A stretch of DNA of 55,361 nucleotides, taken from the IMG/VR virus record IMGVR_UViG_3300008952_000062, positions 1-55,361 of that record, one strand, 5' to 3'. The stretch's first letter is position 1, and every line of letters begins with the position of its first letter. This document shows, one piece after another, positions 18,942-28,424 of the stretch. The translations under genes were made by a program, and so were the position numbers. The DNA is from a virus. Its lineage: Duplodnaviria; Caudoviricetes. Under the pieces are notes generated by a model. It searched no databases. It had not been told where the DNA came from and worked only from the letters and a program-made list of their open reading frames with translations.

Positions 18942-21900
18942 ATGGCAGCTAGAGGCTTAGCGGTAATTACAGGGGCGAGTGATCAGGTATTCTCGTTCCT
19001 GGATGACGGAACCGCAAAAATGAAAGTAAAAGGAGATGGGGCCAATCTTGCCTCGCGACCAGCAATGGTTTCGGGTTCGATTGTGATCTCCAATAACGCA
19101 GACGGTACTCTCGTCTCTAAAAAATTGAGACATCCAGAAATGGCAACACTAATTGGTGTTTCCAGTTCTAACTCAACACTTCAGACCGAACTTGATAGCA
19201 GGAACGGTATGAGTCACGCACTAACTTGGGTCTATGAACAGGCATCAAGCAATGCAAATTTGAATGTCGGGACCGCTGAAACGGCCGCCTGGCAATCGAT
19301 TAATTTAAGCACTGAGGCACTTGGTCTTTCTGGTAGTACCGGAATTACAACTACCTTGGGAACAAACAAAGTAACTTTTTCTTTGGATGCTGACTTGGTT
19401 GCACTTGCAGATTGTCAAGCTAACGCAGCAGCTGCGTTGGCAGATTTGACGCAAGCAGAGGTTCTAACTATTGATGGAGCAACTGCGGGTACAGCAGTCG
19501 CATCTAAGGCAGTAGTTCTCGACGGTAGTAAAAACATTGCAACTCTGGGAACAGTTGGTTGTGGTGCGATTACATCAACTGGCACTTCTACTTTCGCTGG
19601 TGGAATTACACCTGCGGCGGACGATGGTGCAGCACTTGGTGCCGCAGCCAAAAACTGGTCTGACCTTTACTTGGCAGATGCAGCGGTCATCAACTTGGGA
19701 GACAATCAGGATGTTACTTTGACTCACGTTCATGACACTGGTCTGTTATTGAATAGTTCAAGAAAACTTCAGTTTGGTGATGCAGGCACATTCATTCATC
19801 AGTCAGCTGATGGTGTCTTGACCATCGAATCTGATACGACTGTGGACATCAACGGTGCAGTTGTTATGAACGGTGCTCTTACGGGACTTACCTCCCTCAA
19901 CGTGGCTGGTACTATAACTGGAGCAACCTCTCTTACGATTGGTTCTGCTGCTTTGACAGAGGCTGAACTAGAGAAGTTGGACGGTATCACTAATGGTACT
20001 GCGGCCGCAAACAAGGCACTTGTTGCCGACGGCAATGTAGATATTACTGGTCTTAGAAACCTTACTGCCACTGGAGCAGTTACTGGTGATAGCCTAGTGG
20101 TAACTGAAGGTGCTACTTTCGGCGGAGGTTACGGTTCTACTGGAGCAACTATCTCTACTGCTGGTGTGATTCAGGCAAACGGTGCAATCACTGCTGGCGG
20201 CAACGTCACTGCTGTCGGTTCCTTCGTCATCGGTTCTGCCGATATGAGTGAAGCTGACTTGGAAAAGCTGGATGGTATCACTAATGGTACTGCCGCGGCA
20301 TCAAAAGCAGTTGTACTTGATGCGAGCAAAGACATTACTGGCATAAATGATCTTACTGCTGCTAAAATTGTTACTACTGGCAACCTCCACGTTGGTGGAA
20401 ATCTGGTAGTTTCTGGTTCAACAACTGTAATAAACTCAACTGTTACGACTATTGATGATCCCATTATGACCTTGGGTGGTGATACTGCTCCAGGTTCGGA
20501 TGATAACAAAGATAGAGGTATCGAGTTTAGATATTACGATTCTCAGGCAAGACTTGGCTTCTTTGGATATGATGACAGTCTGGGTGTTCTTACCGGATAC
20601 ACTGCTGCAACAAATACCAGTGAAGTTTTCAGTGGTACAGCAATGGGTGCTCTTTTCGGAGCAACTACTGTGGCAAGTTTGACCAATACAGCTGGTGCAA
20701 CATTCGGTGGAGGTTACGGCTCGACCGGAGCAACTATCTCTACTGCTGGTGTCGGTCAGTTCAACGGTGCTTTGACTACTGATGGTGCATTAACCGGTGA
20801 CAGTTTGGTGATAACTGAAGGTGCCACTTTCGGTGGTGGCTACGGTTCAACCGGTGTCACTATTTCGACTGCTGGTGTGGTTCAAGCAAATGGTGCAATC
20901 ACTTCTGGTGGAGCAATCACTGCTGGCGGTAACGTCACTGCTGTAGGTTCTTTCATTATTGGTTCTGCTGACTTGAATGAAGCTGATTTGGAAAAGTTGG
21001 ACGGCATTACTAATGGTACTGCTGCTGCAAACAAGGCAGTTGTCCTTGACGGTAGTAAGAACATTGGTACTATTGGAACAGTTGCTTGTGGTGCAATCAC
21101 CTCAAGTGGAAACTCCTCAATGGCACAACTCACAACGTCTGGTAGAGTTATTGTTGATGATACAACTGACGCAACTGACACGACTGACGGTTCTTTACAG
21201 ACCGACGGTGGATTGTCCGTTGCAAAAGATGCAGTCATTGGTGATGATCTTATGTTGTTGTCAGATGCAGCTGTCGTTCACTTTGGTGCATCCAAGGAAG
21301 TTACCCTGACTCACGTTGCTGACAAGGGACTTACGTTGACGCATACTGGAACTGGTGATAACTTGCCTGTCGTTTTTCAGTTGAAGTCCGAAGAAGATGT
21401 AGTCGAGACTGGAGAAGTTATTGCTTCGATGGAATTTGCTGCTGGTGACTCAGACGGTACTGATGGTGCAACAGTCGCTGCTGGTATTCACGCAATCGCA
21501 GAAGAAAACTTTGCCGCAGATGCTAACGCTACGAAGTTGGTATTTACGACAGCCGATTCTGAAACTGCTGCTGCTTCAGCAACTGCTAAGATGACATTAG
21601 CTTCTACTGGTAATTTGACCACAGCTGGTTCTGTAACCGCAGTCGGTTCTTTCATTATTGGTAGTGCTGACATGAGTGAGGCAGATCTTGAGAAGTTGGA
21701 CGGCATTACTAACGGTACTGCTGCTGCAAACAAGGCACTTGTTGCTGATGGTAATGTAGACATTACTGGTCTTCGAAACGTGACTGGTACTGGAGCAGTT
21801 ACTGCTGGCACCTCTTTCATTATCGGTTCTGCCGATCTGAATGAGGCCGACCTGGAAAAGTTGGATGGCATTACTAATGGTACTGCTGCTGCAAGCAAAG

Positions 21901-24137
21901 CACTTGTTGCTGACGCAAATGTAGACATTACTGGTCTTAGAAACGTGACTGGTACTGGAGCAGTTACTGCTGGCACCTCTTTCATTATCGGTTCTGCCGA
22001 TCTGAACGAGACAGACTTGGAAAAGTTGGATGGCATTACTGACGGTACTGCTGCTGCGAACAAGGCAGTTGTCCTCGACGGTAGCAAGAACATTGGTACT
22101 ATTGGAACAGTTGCTTGTGGTGCAATCACCTCAACTGGCGCAAGTTCTTTTGGTGCAACTACGTTAGCAAGTCTAGTCAACACTGCTGGTGCTACTTTTG
22201 GTGGAGGTTACGGCTCGACCGGAGCAACTATCTCTACTGCTGGTGTTGGAACATTCAACGGTGCTTTGACTACTGATGGTGTACTAACTGGTGATAGTCT
22301 CGTGGTAACTGAGGGTGCTACTTTTGGTGGCGGTTACGGTTCAACTGGTGTTACTATCTCTACTGCTGGTGTAGTTCAGGCAAACGGTGCAATCACTTCA
22401 GGTGGAGCAATCACTGCTGGTGGCAATGTCACTGCTGTAGGTTCTTTCATTATTGGTTCTGCTGACTTGAATGAAGCTGATTTGGAAAAGTTGGACGGCA
22501 TTACTAATGGTACTGCTGCTGCAAACAAGGCACTTGTTGCTGACGGAAATGTAGACATTACTGGTCTTAGAAACCTTACCTCAACTGGGAACGTCACTGT
22601 AGGTGGCAACCTGACTGTAAACGGAACTACAACTACCGTAAACAGCACAACCGTAACTATCGATGATCCAATCTTTACTTTGGGTGGTGATACTGCTCCA
22701 GGTTCGGATGATAACAAAGATAGAGGTATCGAGTTTAGATACCACGACGGTTCTAGTGCGAGAGTGGGATTCTTTGGTTATGACGACAGTGCTGGATTGT
22801 TTACTGGTTTCACTGCTGCGACTAACAACACGGAAGTGTTTAGTGGTACAGCAATGAATGCATCTTTCGGTACAACGAAGGTTACTAAGTTGGAGATTGA
22901 TGGAACAGGAGATTACATTGATGTCTCAACAGACCTCACACTTGTATCTGCTGCTGACATCAAGTTAGATCCTACTGGTGGAGATGTCCAGATTGATGGT
23001 AACATTCTTCCTACTACCAACTCAGACTTGGGTAGTGCTTCTTACCTCCTCGGTGATGTTTACATCAACGACGACAAGAAGTTGAAGTTCGGTGCGAGTG
23101 CTGACTTCACTATCGAGTATGACGAAGATAGTCAGGATGTTGCTCAGTTTGCTGGAGCTAACATGCGATTAGGTCATGGTGCTGCAACAGAACTCCAATT
23201 CCGTGATTCCGGTTTGAAGATTTATTCTTCTGCTGATGGTCAATTGGACATTGATTCTGATGGTGAACTTGAACTTGCTGCTACTACAATCCTCGATATG
23301 GACGGTGCTACAGTAAACCTCAATTCATCCGGTGCGACAACAGTAACCTCCGGAACAAACATGATCCTTCAGTCAACTGCTGGTAATGTTACGGTTCTGG
23401 CAACGGGTACTGACGACAAGGTTGTTATCAAAGGTGATCATGAATCTGGTGTTGCTGTCCATATTGACGGTGACGCAAATGCCGCTTCCATCGTTGATAT
23501 CGATGCTGGTGAGTTAGATATTGATGCATCAGCTGGGATAAACATTACTTCTGCTGAAGCTCAACCTGATTCAGTCGTTCTTCATGCAAACAATGCTGCT
23601 GGTGGTATTGACTTGACGGTAAACAGTAATGTTATGTTGTCATTTGATGCTAACAGTGCTGACTTCGGTGCTTCTGCTGCTGCGGTAACTTTCGCAAGTA
23701 CTGCTGCTGCAACTGGTGACGACACTGGTGCAATTCAGACTCAAGGTGGTATCTATGCTAAGGAAAGTATTTACCTTTCCGGTAGTACAAGTAGAATTGC
23801 TACTCTTGGCTCCATGTACGGCAGTAACACTACTTACGCAGATGGTGCCTTCGCGAATGAAAACCAAGTTGTCCACATCGGTGGTGCTTTGGGATTGTAC
23901 AACGTAGACGGTGGCACTCTCAACGGTAAAGCTGCCCTAGAAGGGTTGTCGAACCAAACTAATCTGGATGCAGGTACTTACAACGGTAGAATTATCTACT
24001 TGAGAAGAGCATACACCAGATCTGGCACGAGTGCGATCCACTATAAGGCCGCAGACAACTTCGATACTGCAAATAAGTTCTATTTTTGCGAGAACGGAGA
24101 ATGGCATTCCTCAGTGTTTGCTGCTGCTGAAGAGTAA
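18942..24137 (+). CDS. Long repetitive fibre protein
   Basis: 1731 aa, G/A/T-rich. About 7 copies of IGSA.(L/M).E.(D/E)LEKLDGIT.GTAAA.KA, 5 of GATFGGGYGSTG, 2 of TLGGDTAPGSDDNKDRGIEFRY. Confidence 0.85.
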   Translation: MAARGLAVITGASDQVFSFLDDGTAKMKVKGDGANLASRPAMVSGSIVISNNADGTLVSKKLRHPEMATLIGVSSSNSTLQTELDSRNGMSHALTWVYEQASSNANLNVGTAETAAWQSINLSTEALGLSGSTGITTTLGTNKVTFSLDADLVALADCQANAAAALADLTQAEVLTIDGATAGTAVASKAVVLDGSKNIATLGTVGCGAITSTGTSTFAGGITPAADDGAALGAAAKNWSDLYLADAAVINLGDNQDVTLTHVHDTGLLLNSSRKLQFGDAGTFIHQSADGVLTIESDTTVDINGAVVMNGALTGLTSLNVAGTITGATSLTIGSAALTEAELEKLDGITNGTAAANKALVADGNVDITGLRNLTATGAVTGDSLVVTEGATFGGGYGSTGATISTAGVIQANGAITAGGNVTAVGSFVIGSADMSEADLEKLDGITNGTAAASKAVVLDASKDITGINDLTAAKIVTTGNLHVGGNLVVSGSTTVINSTVTTIDDPIMTLGGDTAPGSDDNKDRGIEFRYYDSQARLGFFGYDDSLGVLTGYTAATNTSEVFSGTAMGALFGATTVASLTNTAGATFGGGYGSTGATISTAGVGQFNGALTTDGALTGDSLVITEGATFGGGYGSTGVTISTAGVVQANGAITSGGAITAGGNVTAVGSFIIGSADLNEADLEKLDGITNGTAAANKAVVLDGSKNIGTIGTVACGAITSSGNSSMAQLTTSGRVIVDDTTDATDTTDGSLQTDGGLSVAKDAVIGDDLMLLSDAAVVHFGASKEVTLTHVADKGLTLTHTGTGDNLPVVFQLKSEEDVVETGEVIASMEFAAGDSDGTDGATVAAGIHAIAEENFAADANATKLVFTTADSETAAASATAKMTLASTGNLTTAGSVTAVGSFIIGSADMSEADLEKLDGITNGTAAANKALVADGNVDITGLRNVTGTGAVTAGTSFIIGSADLNEADLEKLDGITNGTAAASKALVADANVDITGLRNVTGTGAVTAGTSFIIGSADLNETDLEKLDGITDGTAAANKAVVLDGSKNIGTIGTVACGAITSTGASSFGATTLASLVNTAGATFGGGYGSTGATISTAGVGTFNGALTTDGVLTGDSLVVTEGATFGGGYGSTGVTISTAGVVQANGAITSGGAITAGGNVTAVGSFIIGSADLNEADLEKLDGITNGTAAANKALVADGNVDITGLRNLTSTGNVTVGGNLTVNGTTTTVNSTTVTIDDPIFTLGGDTAPGSDDNKDRGIEFRYHDGSSARVGFFGYDDSAGLFTGFTAATNNTEVFSGTAMNASFGTTKVTKLEIDGTGDYIDVSTDLTLVSAADIKLDPTGGDVQIDGNILPTTNSDLGSASYLLGDVYINDDKKLKFGASADFTIEYDEDSQDVAQFAGANMRLGHGAATELQFRDSGLKIYSSADGQLDIDSDGELELAATTILDMDGATVNLNSSGATTVTSGTNMILQSTAGNVTVLATGTDDKVVIKGDHESGVAVHIDGDANAASIVDIDAGELDIDASAGINITSAEAQPDSVVLHANNAAGGIDLTVNSNVMLSFDANSADFGASAAAVTFASTAAATGDDTGAIQTQGGIYAKESIYLSGSTSRIATLGSMYGSNTTYADGAFANENQVVHIGGALGLYNVDGGTLNGKAALEGLSNQTNLDAGTYNGRIIYLRRAYTRSGTSAIHYKAADNFDTANKFYFCENGEWHSSVFAAAEE
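19930..22860 (+). repeat. Mosaic of near-identical in-frame DNA repeat blocks in the fibre gene
   Basis: 120-bp tandem units around 21730-22010; gatactgctccaggttcggatgataacaaagatagaggtatcgagtttagat at ~20481 and ~22689. Confidence 0.9.
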
Positions 24138-24165
24138 TAGATAAGTAAAAAATAATAAAATTACC

Positions 24166-24197
24166 AACCCGGCTCCTTGTGAGTCGGGTTTTTTTTT
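24166..24197 (+). terminator. Intrinsic terminator closing the fibre island
   Basis: AACCCGGCTC-CTTGT-GAGTCGGGTT followed by a T-run. Confidence 0.9.
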
Positions 24198-24225
24198 GTA
24201 AAAAGGACTTTTGTGTTATTATCCT

Positions 24226-24233
24226 ACTATTTA
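24226..24233 (+). promoter_or_regulatory. Putative late promoter ACTATTTA
   Basis: Lies just after the terminator and 34 nt before the scaffold ATG; the same motif recurs before other structural genes. Confidence 0.6.
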
Positions 24234-24267
24234 CAAGGTATAGTATTATTTCCAAGGAGATCCGCAC

Positions 24268-25305
24268 ATGAGCACACTATTAGAAGAAGCAATCGTTGAT
24301 GCCAAAGCACTTAGAGAGGCTGCAATGAAAACTGCTGAAAAATCAATCATTGAGAAGTATTCTGACGAAGTTAAGAAGGGTATTGATGCCATTTTGGAGG
24401 CAGAGATAGATATGGATAATGCCACATCTGTGAACCCCATTGATGATATGCCACTCGCCGCAACAGCAGGAGAGAACACTTGTGCATGTCCCGAAGAGGA
24501 CGAGGAGATCGAAATTAATCTTTCGGACCTGGCAGACCTGGCATCCGATGAGGAATCCAGCATCGACGACATGGAGTCAACTGAGACTGCCCTTGGAGAT
24601 CTGCCACCCGACGAAGAGGAAGAGGAAGATGAACTCATGGAAGATGATATTGTCGCACAGATCCTTTCTGCCCTCAACGAAAAAGAGGAGCCAAAGGTGA
24701 AAGCAGAAGAGATGAAGGTGTCTGATCAGCACAAGATGCCACCAATGGAAGACACGGAACCAATGGCACGAGCACAAGAACTCGAAGAAGAGAGAGTTGA
24801 AGATGAAGATAGTGAAGTCACCGATGACGATGATGAAGAAAAGAACGAAAATCTAAACCTCGCAAACGAATTTACCAAACTCCAAGAGTCAATTAATACT
24901 CTAGGAAATGATAATAAAAACCTCAAAACTTCCAACGCAAAAATCGTTGAAGAAAATGAGAAACTAAGGGGAACACTTCAAGAACTAAACGAAGTGTTCG
25001 AAGACTTGCTTTTGCAAAACGCAAAACTTGTCTACACCAACAAAACTTTAGAAGTCAGCTCCCTGAATGAGCGGCAGAAAGAGAAAATTGTTGGTGCAAT
25101 CAGGGAAACCAACACGCCTGAAGAGGCAAAGGTCGTTTATGAAACACTGCAAAGTGCCGTTGGTACTGGCAGCTCTCGTACTCCTCAAACTTTGAGTGAG
25201 GTTACGAGCAGAAACAACCAAAAGATGGTTTCTCGCAAAAACACCAACAATGATAATCAAATGCCTGTCGCTACAAGGTGGAAAGCCTTGGCAGGGATAA
25301 AATAA
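24268..25305 (+). CDS. Prohead core scaffold protein (gp22-like)
   Basis: Acidic coiled-coil protein directly before the major capsid gene; LLEEAIVDAKALREAA, NAKLVYTNK, RWKALAGIK. Confidence 0.8.
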   Translation: MSTLLEEAIVDAKALREAAMKTAEKSIIEKYSDEVKKGIDAILEAEIDMDNATSVNPIDDMPLAATAGENTCACPEEDEEIEINLSDLADLASDEESSIDDMESTETALGDLPPDEEEEEDELMEDDIVAQILSALNEKEEPKVKAEEMKVSDQHKMPPMEDTEPMARAQELEEERVEDEDSEVTDDDDEEKNENLNLANEFTKLQESINTLGNDNKNLKTSNAKIVEENEKLRGTLQELNEVFEDLLLQNAKLVYTNKTLEVSSLNERQKEKIVGAIRETNTPEEAKVVYETLQSAVGTGSSRTPQTLSEVTSRNNQKMVSRKNTNNDNQMPVATRWKALAGIK

Positions 25306-25329
25306 ACTACAAAACAGGAGATACTTAAA

Positions 25330-27048
25330 ATGTCTATTTTAGAAAAATTAACTGAAGGTATTGTAGATCGTAACCTCAATGCAGAGGGAGCTGCAATTCG
25401 TTCAAAATGGGAAGCCTCTGGTCTTCTCGAAGGTCTTAAAGACCGCAACAAAGATTCAATGGCAACATTGTTAGAGAATCAAGCAAAGGAACTGCTTCGT
25501 GAAGCATCTGCTATGTCCAGTGGTGACGTAGAAGGTTTCGCAGCAGTCGCATTTCCAATCGTTCGTCGTGTATTCGGTGGATTGATTGCTAACGACTTAG
25601 TGTCGGTACAACCTATGAGTTTGCCTTCCGGTCTTATCTTCTTCTTGGATTTCACCAAGACTGACAATGATAAGCTTGGTCCAAAAGGTGATCAAAACAA
25701 CTCACTTTATGGTGGTGGTAAAGTCGGTAAAGGCATCGTTGACGGTGTTGATCTGACTGGTGCCAACGCAGAAAAGGGTCTTTATAACCTTAATAATGGT
25801 TATTCCGCACCTACGGGTTCATTGAGTGTTACGATTGCTGCCGGTGCCGATATCGGTTCTAGTACAGCAATTGCATCATTGACTGATGCCCACAAGAAAC
25901 GTCTTGACCATGATGCTGACTTGTTGAGTGGAGCACCCTTTACTCACGTTTTTGAAATGAAGTGCGAAATCACTGGTGCATCTGATCTTGACTTGAATAA
26001 CTTGAGAGCAGCAGAATTTGTTACTGCCACCAATGGTGGAACTGTCATTCGTCGTTTGACGAAGAAGTTGTCTGCTACTGAGATTAGTTTCATTTGTGCT
26101 CGTGCAGGTGCCGTTACTACCAGTGCTGGTACTCGTGTCATGACCTACCCCTCATTGGATAACATCACTACTGGTGGTGCTACTGGTGCCTTAGTTGGTT
26201 CCACTCCGTGGGGTCTTGAAGGTACTGACACCACTGGCAACACTGGTGTCAACAACGACATTGCAGAGATTGACATCAAAGTAGACAGTATTGCTGTTAC
26301 TGCTCAAACTCGCAAGTTGAAAGCAAAGTGGACTCCAGAATTAGGACAAGACTTGAATGCTTATCACAACCTCGACGCCGAAGTTGAATTGACCAACGTC
26401 CTTTCCGAGCATATCGGTTTGGAAATTGATCAAGAAATCTTGGGTGATTTGGTCCGTGGTGCTACCGCAGGTAAGTATCATTGGTCCCGTCGTCCTGGTA
26501 AGTTCGTAAATCGTGATACTGGTGCTGCCATCGAAGATTGGAGTTCTGGTGGTATTGATGCCAACGCCAACCTCTTAGGTGGTGATTTTACTGGTACTGT
26601 CAGTGAGTGGTACGAGACTCTTCTCGAAACCATCAACGACGTATCTGCTCAAATCCATCGCAAGACCTTAAAGGGTGGTGCTAACTTCTTGGTGGTTTCA
26701 CCAGAAGCAGCTAACATCCTTGAGTTCACCGCTGGTTTCAAAGCAAAAGTTTCTCATGATGACGACAAAGGCACCGCAGGTGCTGTCAACGTCGGCAGCT
26801 TGAGCAGCAAGTTGGAGATCTATGTTGATCCTTACTTCCCTCGTAATGTCGTCTTGGTTGGACGTAAAGGCAGTAGCTTCCTCGAAAGTGGATATGTTTA
26901 TGCCCCTTATGTTCCATTGCAAGTGACTCCCACCATTTTCGGTACTGAAGATTTCGTACCAAGAAAAGGTGTGATGACACGTTATGCCAAGAAGATGGTA
27001 CGTCCAGATATGTACGGTTTGGTTGTTATTGAAGACATGTTAGGTTAA
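25330..27048 (+). CDS. gp23: Major capsid protein, T4 gp23-like
   Basis: LLENQ, VSVQPMSLPSGLIFFLD, TRKLKAKWTPELGQDLNAYH, GYVYAPYVPL, GVMTRYA. Confidence 0.97.
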   Translation: MSILEKLTEGIVDRNLNAEGAAIRSKWEASGLLEGLKDRNKDSMATLLENQAKELLREASAMSSGDVEGFAAVAFPIVRRVFGGLIANDLVSVQPMSLPSGLIFFLDFTKTDNDKLGPKGDQNNSLYGGGKVGKGIVDGVDLTGANAEKGLYNLNNGYSAPTGSLSVTIAAGADIGSSTAIASLTDAHKKRLDHDADLLSGAPFTHVFEMKCEITGASDLDLNNLRAAEFVTATNGGTVIRRLTKKLSATEISFICARAGAVTTSAGTRVMTYPSLDNITTGGATGALVGSTPWGLEGTDTTGNTGVNNDIAEIDIKVDSIAVTAQTRKLKAKWTPELGQDLNAYHNLDAEVELTNVLSEHIGLEIDQEILGDLVRGATAGKYHWSRRPGKFVNRDTGAAIEDWSSGGIDANANLLGGDFTGTVSEWYETLLETINDVSAQIHRKTLKGGANFLVVSPEAANILEFTAGFKAKVSHDDDKGTAGAVNVGSLSSKLEIYVDPYFPRNVVLVGRKGSSFLESGYVYAPYVPLQVTPTIFGTEDFVPRKGVMTRYAKKMVRPDMYGLVVIEDMLG

Positions 27049-27075
27049 TAATAACACTAAATAAACAAATCTCAG

Positions 27076-27104
27076 AAAGCCCCGTCCTAGTGATGGGGTT
27101 TTTT
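27076..27104 (+). terminator. Intrinsic terminator after the major capsid gene
   Basis: AAAGCCCCGTC-CTAGT-GATGGGGTTT followed by further Ts. Confidence 0.88.
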
Positions 27105-27126
27105 GTTTCTATTTCCAATAAAAAAA

Positions 27127-27134
27127 ACTACTTA
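27127..27134 (+). promoter_or_regulatory. Putative late promoter ACTACTTA
   Basis: Between the terminator and the neck gene SD (GGAGGA). Confidence 0.5.
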
Positions 27135-27164
27135 TTTTGAATACATCCGCGGAGGACTCATGAA

Positions 27165-28415
27165 ATGGCACTACCCACACTAACCCCAAAAAGCAGAACA
27201 AGTGTTTCTGTACTACCAGTTACAGGAACGGCATCGAAGGTCGTTGGTGCTCTTGCTACTGGAGCATATAATACAGATCACTTCATTTCCGGTGCATTAT
27301 CGCAAGTTACATACGTTTATAGAAAGTTAGGTGGAGATGTTCTCGACATAGAAATAAAAGAGGAAAATGTGTATGCTGCGTATGAAGAAGCATGTCTGGA
27401 GTATTCATACTTGGTCAACATTCACCAGAGCAAGAACATACTTTCAGATGTTCTCGGCAATACAACAGGATCCTTTGATCATAAGGGTAATATGATTGCC
27501 GGTCCACTATCCTCAAGTCTTGAGGGAACTCATGTTTCTCTCAAGTATCCCTCGTTTGACTTTGCATATGCGAGAAGGGTCGCAGATGGAATTTCCGAAG
27601 ATGCAAACGTGGGAGGAAACAACACTGTCTACTCAGCTTCGTTTGATGTGAAGAGCGGTCAGCAAGATTACGATTTACAGAGTCTCATTTCTTCAAATGC
27701 ACTTCATTCAGGATCTGTTGGCAACAAGAAGGTTCTAATAAAGAAGGTTTATTACAAAACCAAGAATGCTATGTGGAGATTTTACGGATACTATGGTGGT
27801 GTTGGTGTTGTCGGGAATATGTCAACTTACGGGCAGTATGCTGATGACAGTACGTTTGAGATAGTCCCAACTTGGCAAAATAAATTGCAAGCAATGTCTT
27901 ACGAGGACACCATTTACACGAGAACAAGCCACTATGCATACGAATTGAGAAACAATAAATTAAGATTGTTTCCAACCCCCAGTCCCTCAATCGCAACAAA
28001 GATGTGGGTAGAATTTTCAATACCAGGGGACTCTTGGACAACAACTGAGAACGCCGATGTTGGATTGGATGGCATCAACAACATGAACACCCTTCCCTTC
28101 TCCAACATACCCTACAAGAATATAAACTCTATAGGAAAACAGTGGATTAGGAGATTTGCCCTTTCTTTGTGTAAGGAGACTCTTGGCCATGTTAGGGGAA
28201 AATTCGGAAACATACCAATTCCAGGAGAGTCGGTGACTCTTAACGGGACAGATCTAATTAATCAATCCAAAGAAGAGCAGAACCAACTTAGGGAAGAGAT
28301 GAAAACCATCCTTGATGAGATGACCTACGGGAAACTCATGGAGGGAGATGCTCAGTTGGTCAGCAACGTGAGTGCCATTCAAGAAAAGATACCATTAAGC
28401 ATATTCGTCGGATAG
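27165..28415 (+). CDS. Neck/head-tail adaptor protein (gp13-like)
   Basis: LGGDVLDIEI; QWIRRFALSLCKETLGHVRGKF..IPIPGESVTLNG..L is a typical gp13-like C-terminus; follows the capsid gene. Confidence 0.8.
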   Translation: MALPTLTPKSRTSVSVLPVTGTASKVVGALATGAYNTDHFISGALSQVTYVYRKLGGDVLDIEIKEENVYAAYEEACLEYSYLVNIHQSKNILSDVLGNTTGSFDHKGNMIAGPLSSSLEGTHVSLKYPSFDFAYARRVADGISEDANVGGNNTVYSASFDVKSGQQDYDLQSLISSNALHSGSVGNKKVLIKKVYYKTKNAMWRFYGYYGGVGVVGNMSTYGQYADDSTFEIVPTWQNKLQAMSYEDTIYTRTSHYAYELRNNKLRLFPTPSPSIATKMWVEFSIPGDSWTTTENADVGLDGINNMNTLPFSNIPYKNINSIGKQWIRRFALSLCKETLGHVRGKFGNIPIPGESVTLNGTDLINQSKEEQNQLREEMKTILDEMTYGKLMEGDAQLVSNVSAIQEKIPLSIFVG

Positions 28416-28424
28416 GAGGTCTAG

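Noticed and set aside
19415-22717. Long minus-strand ORFs (e.g. 21488-22183), likewise 44503-45249 and 29435-29911
   Set aside because: Antisense shadows of G/A/T-rich repetitive genes; no SD and no recognisable motifs.
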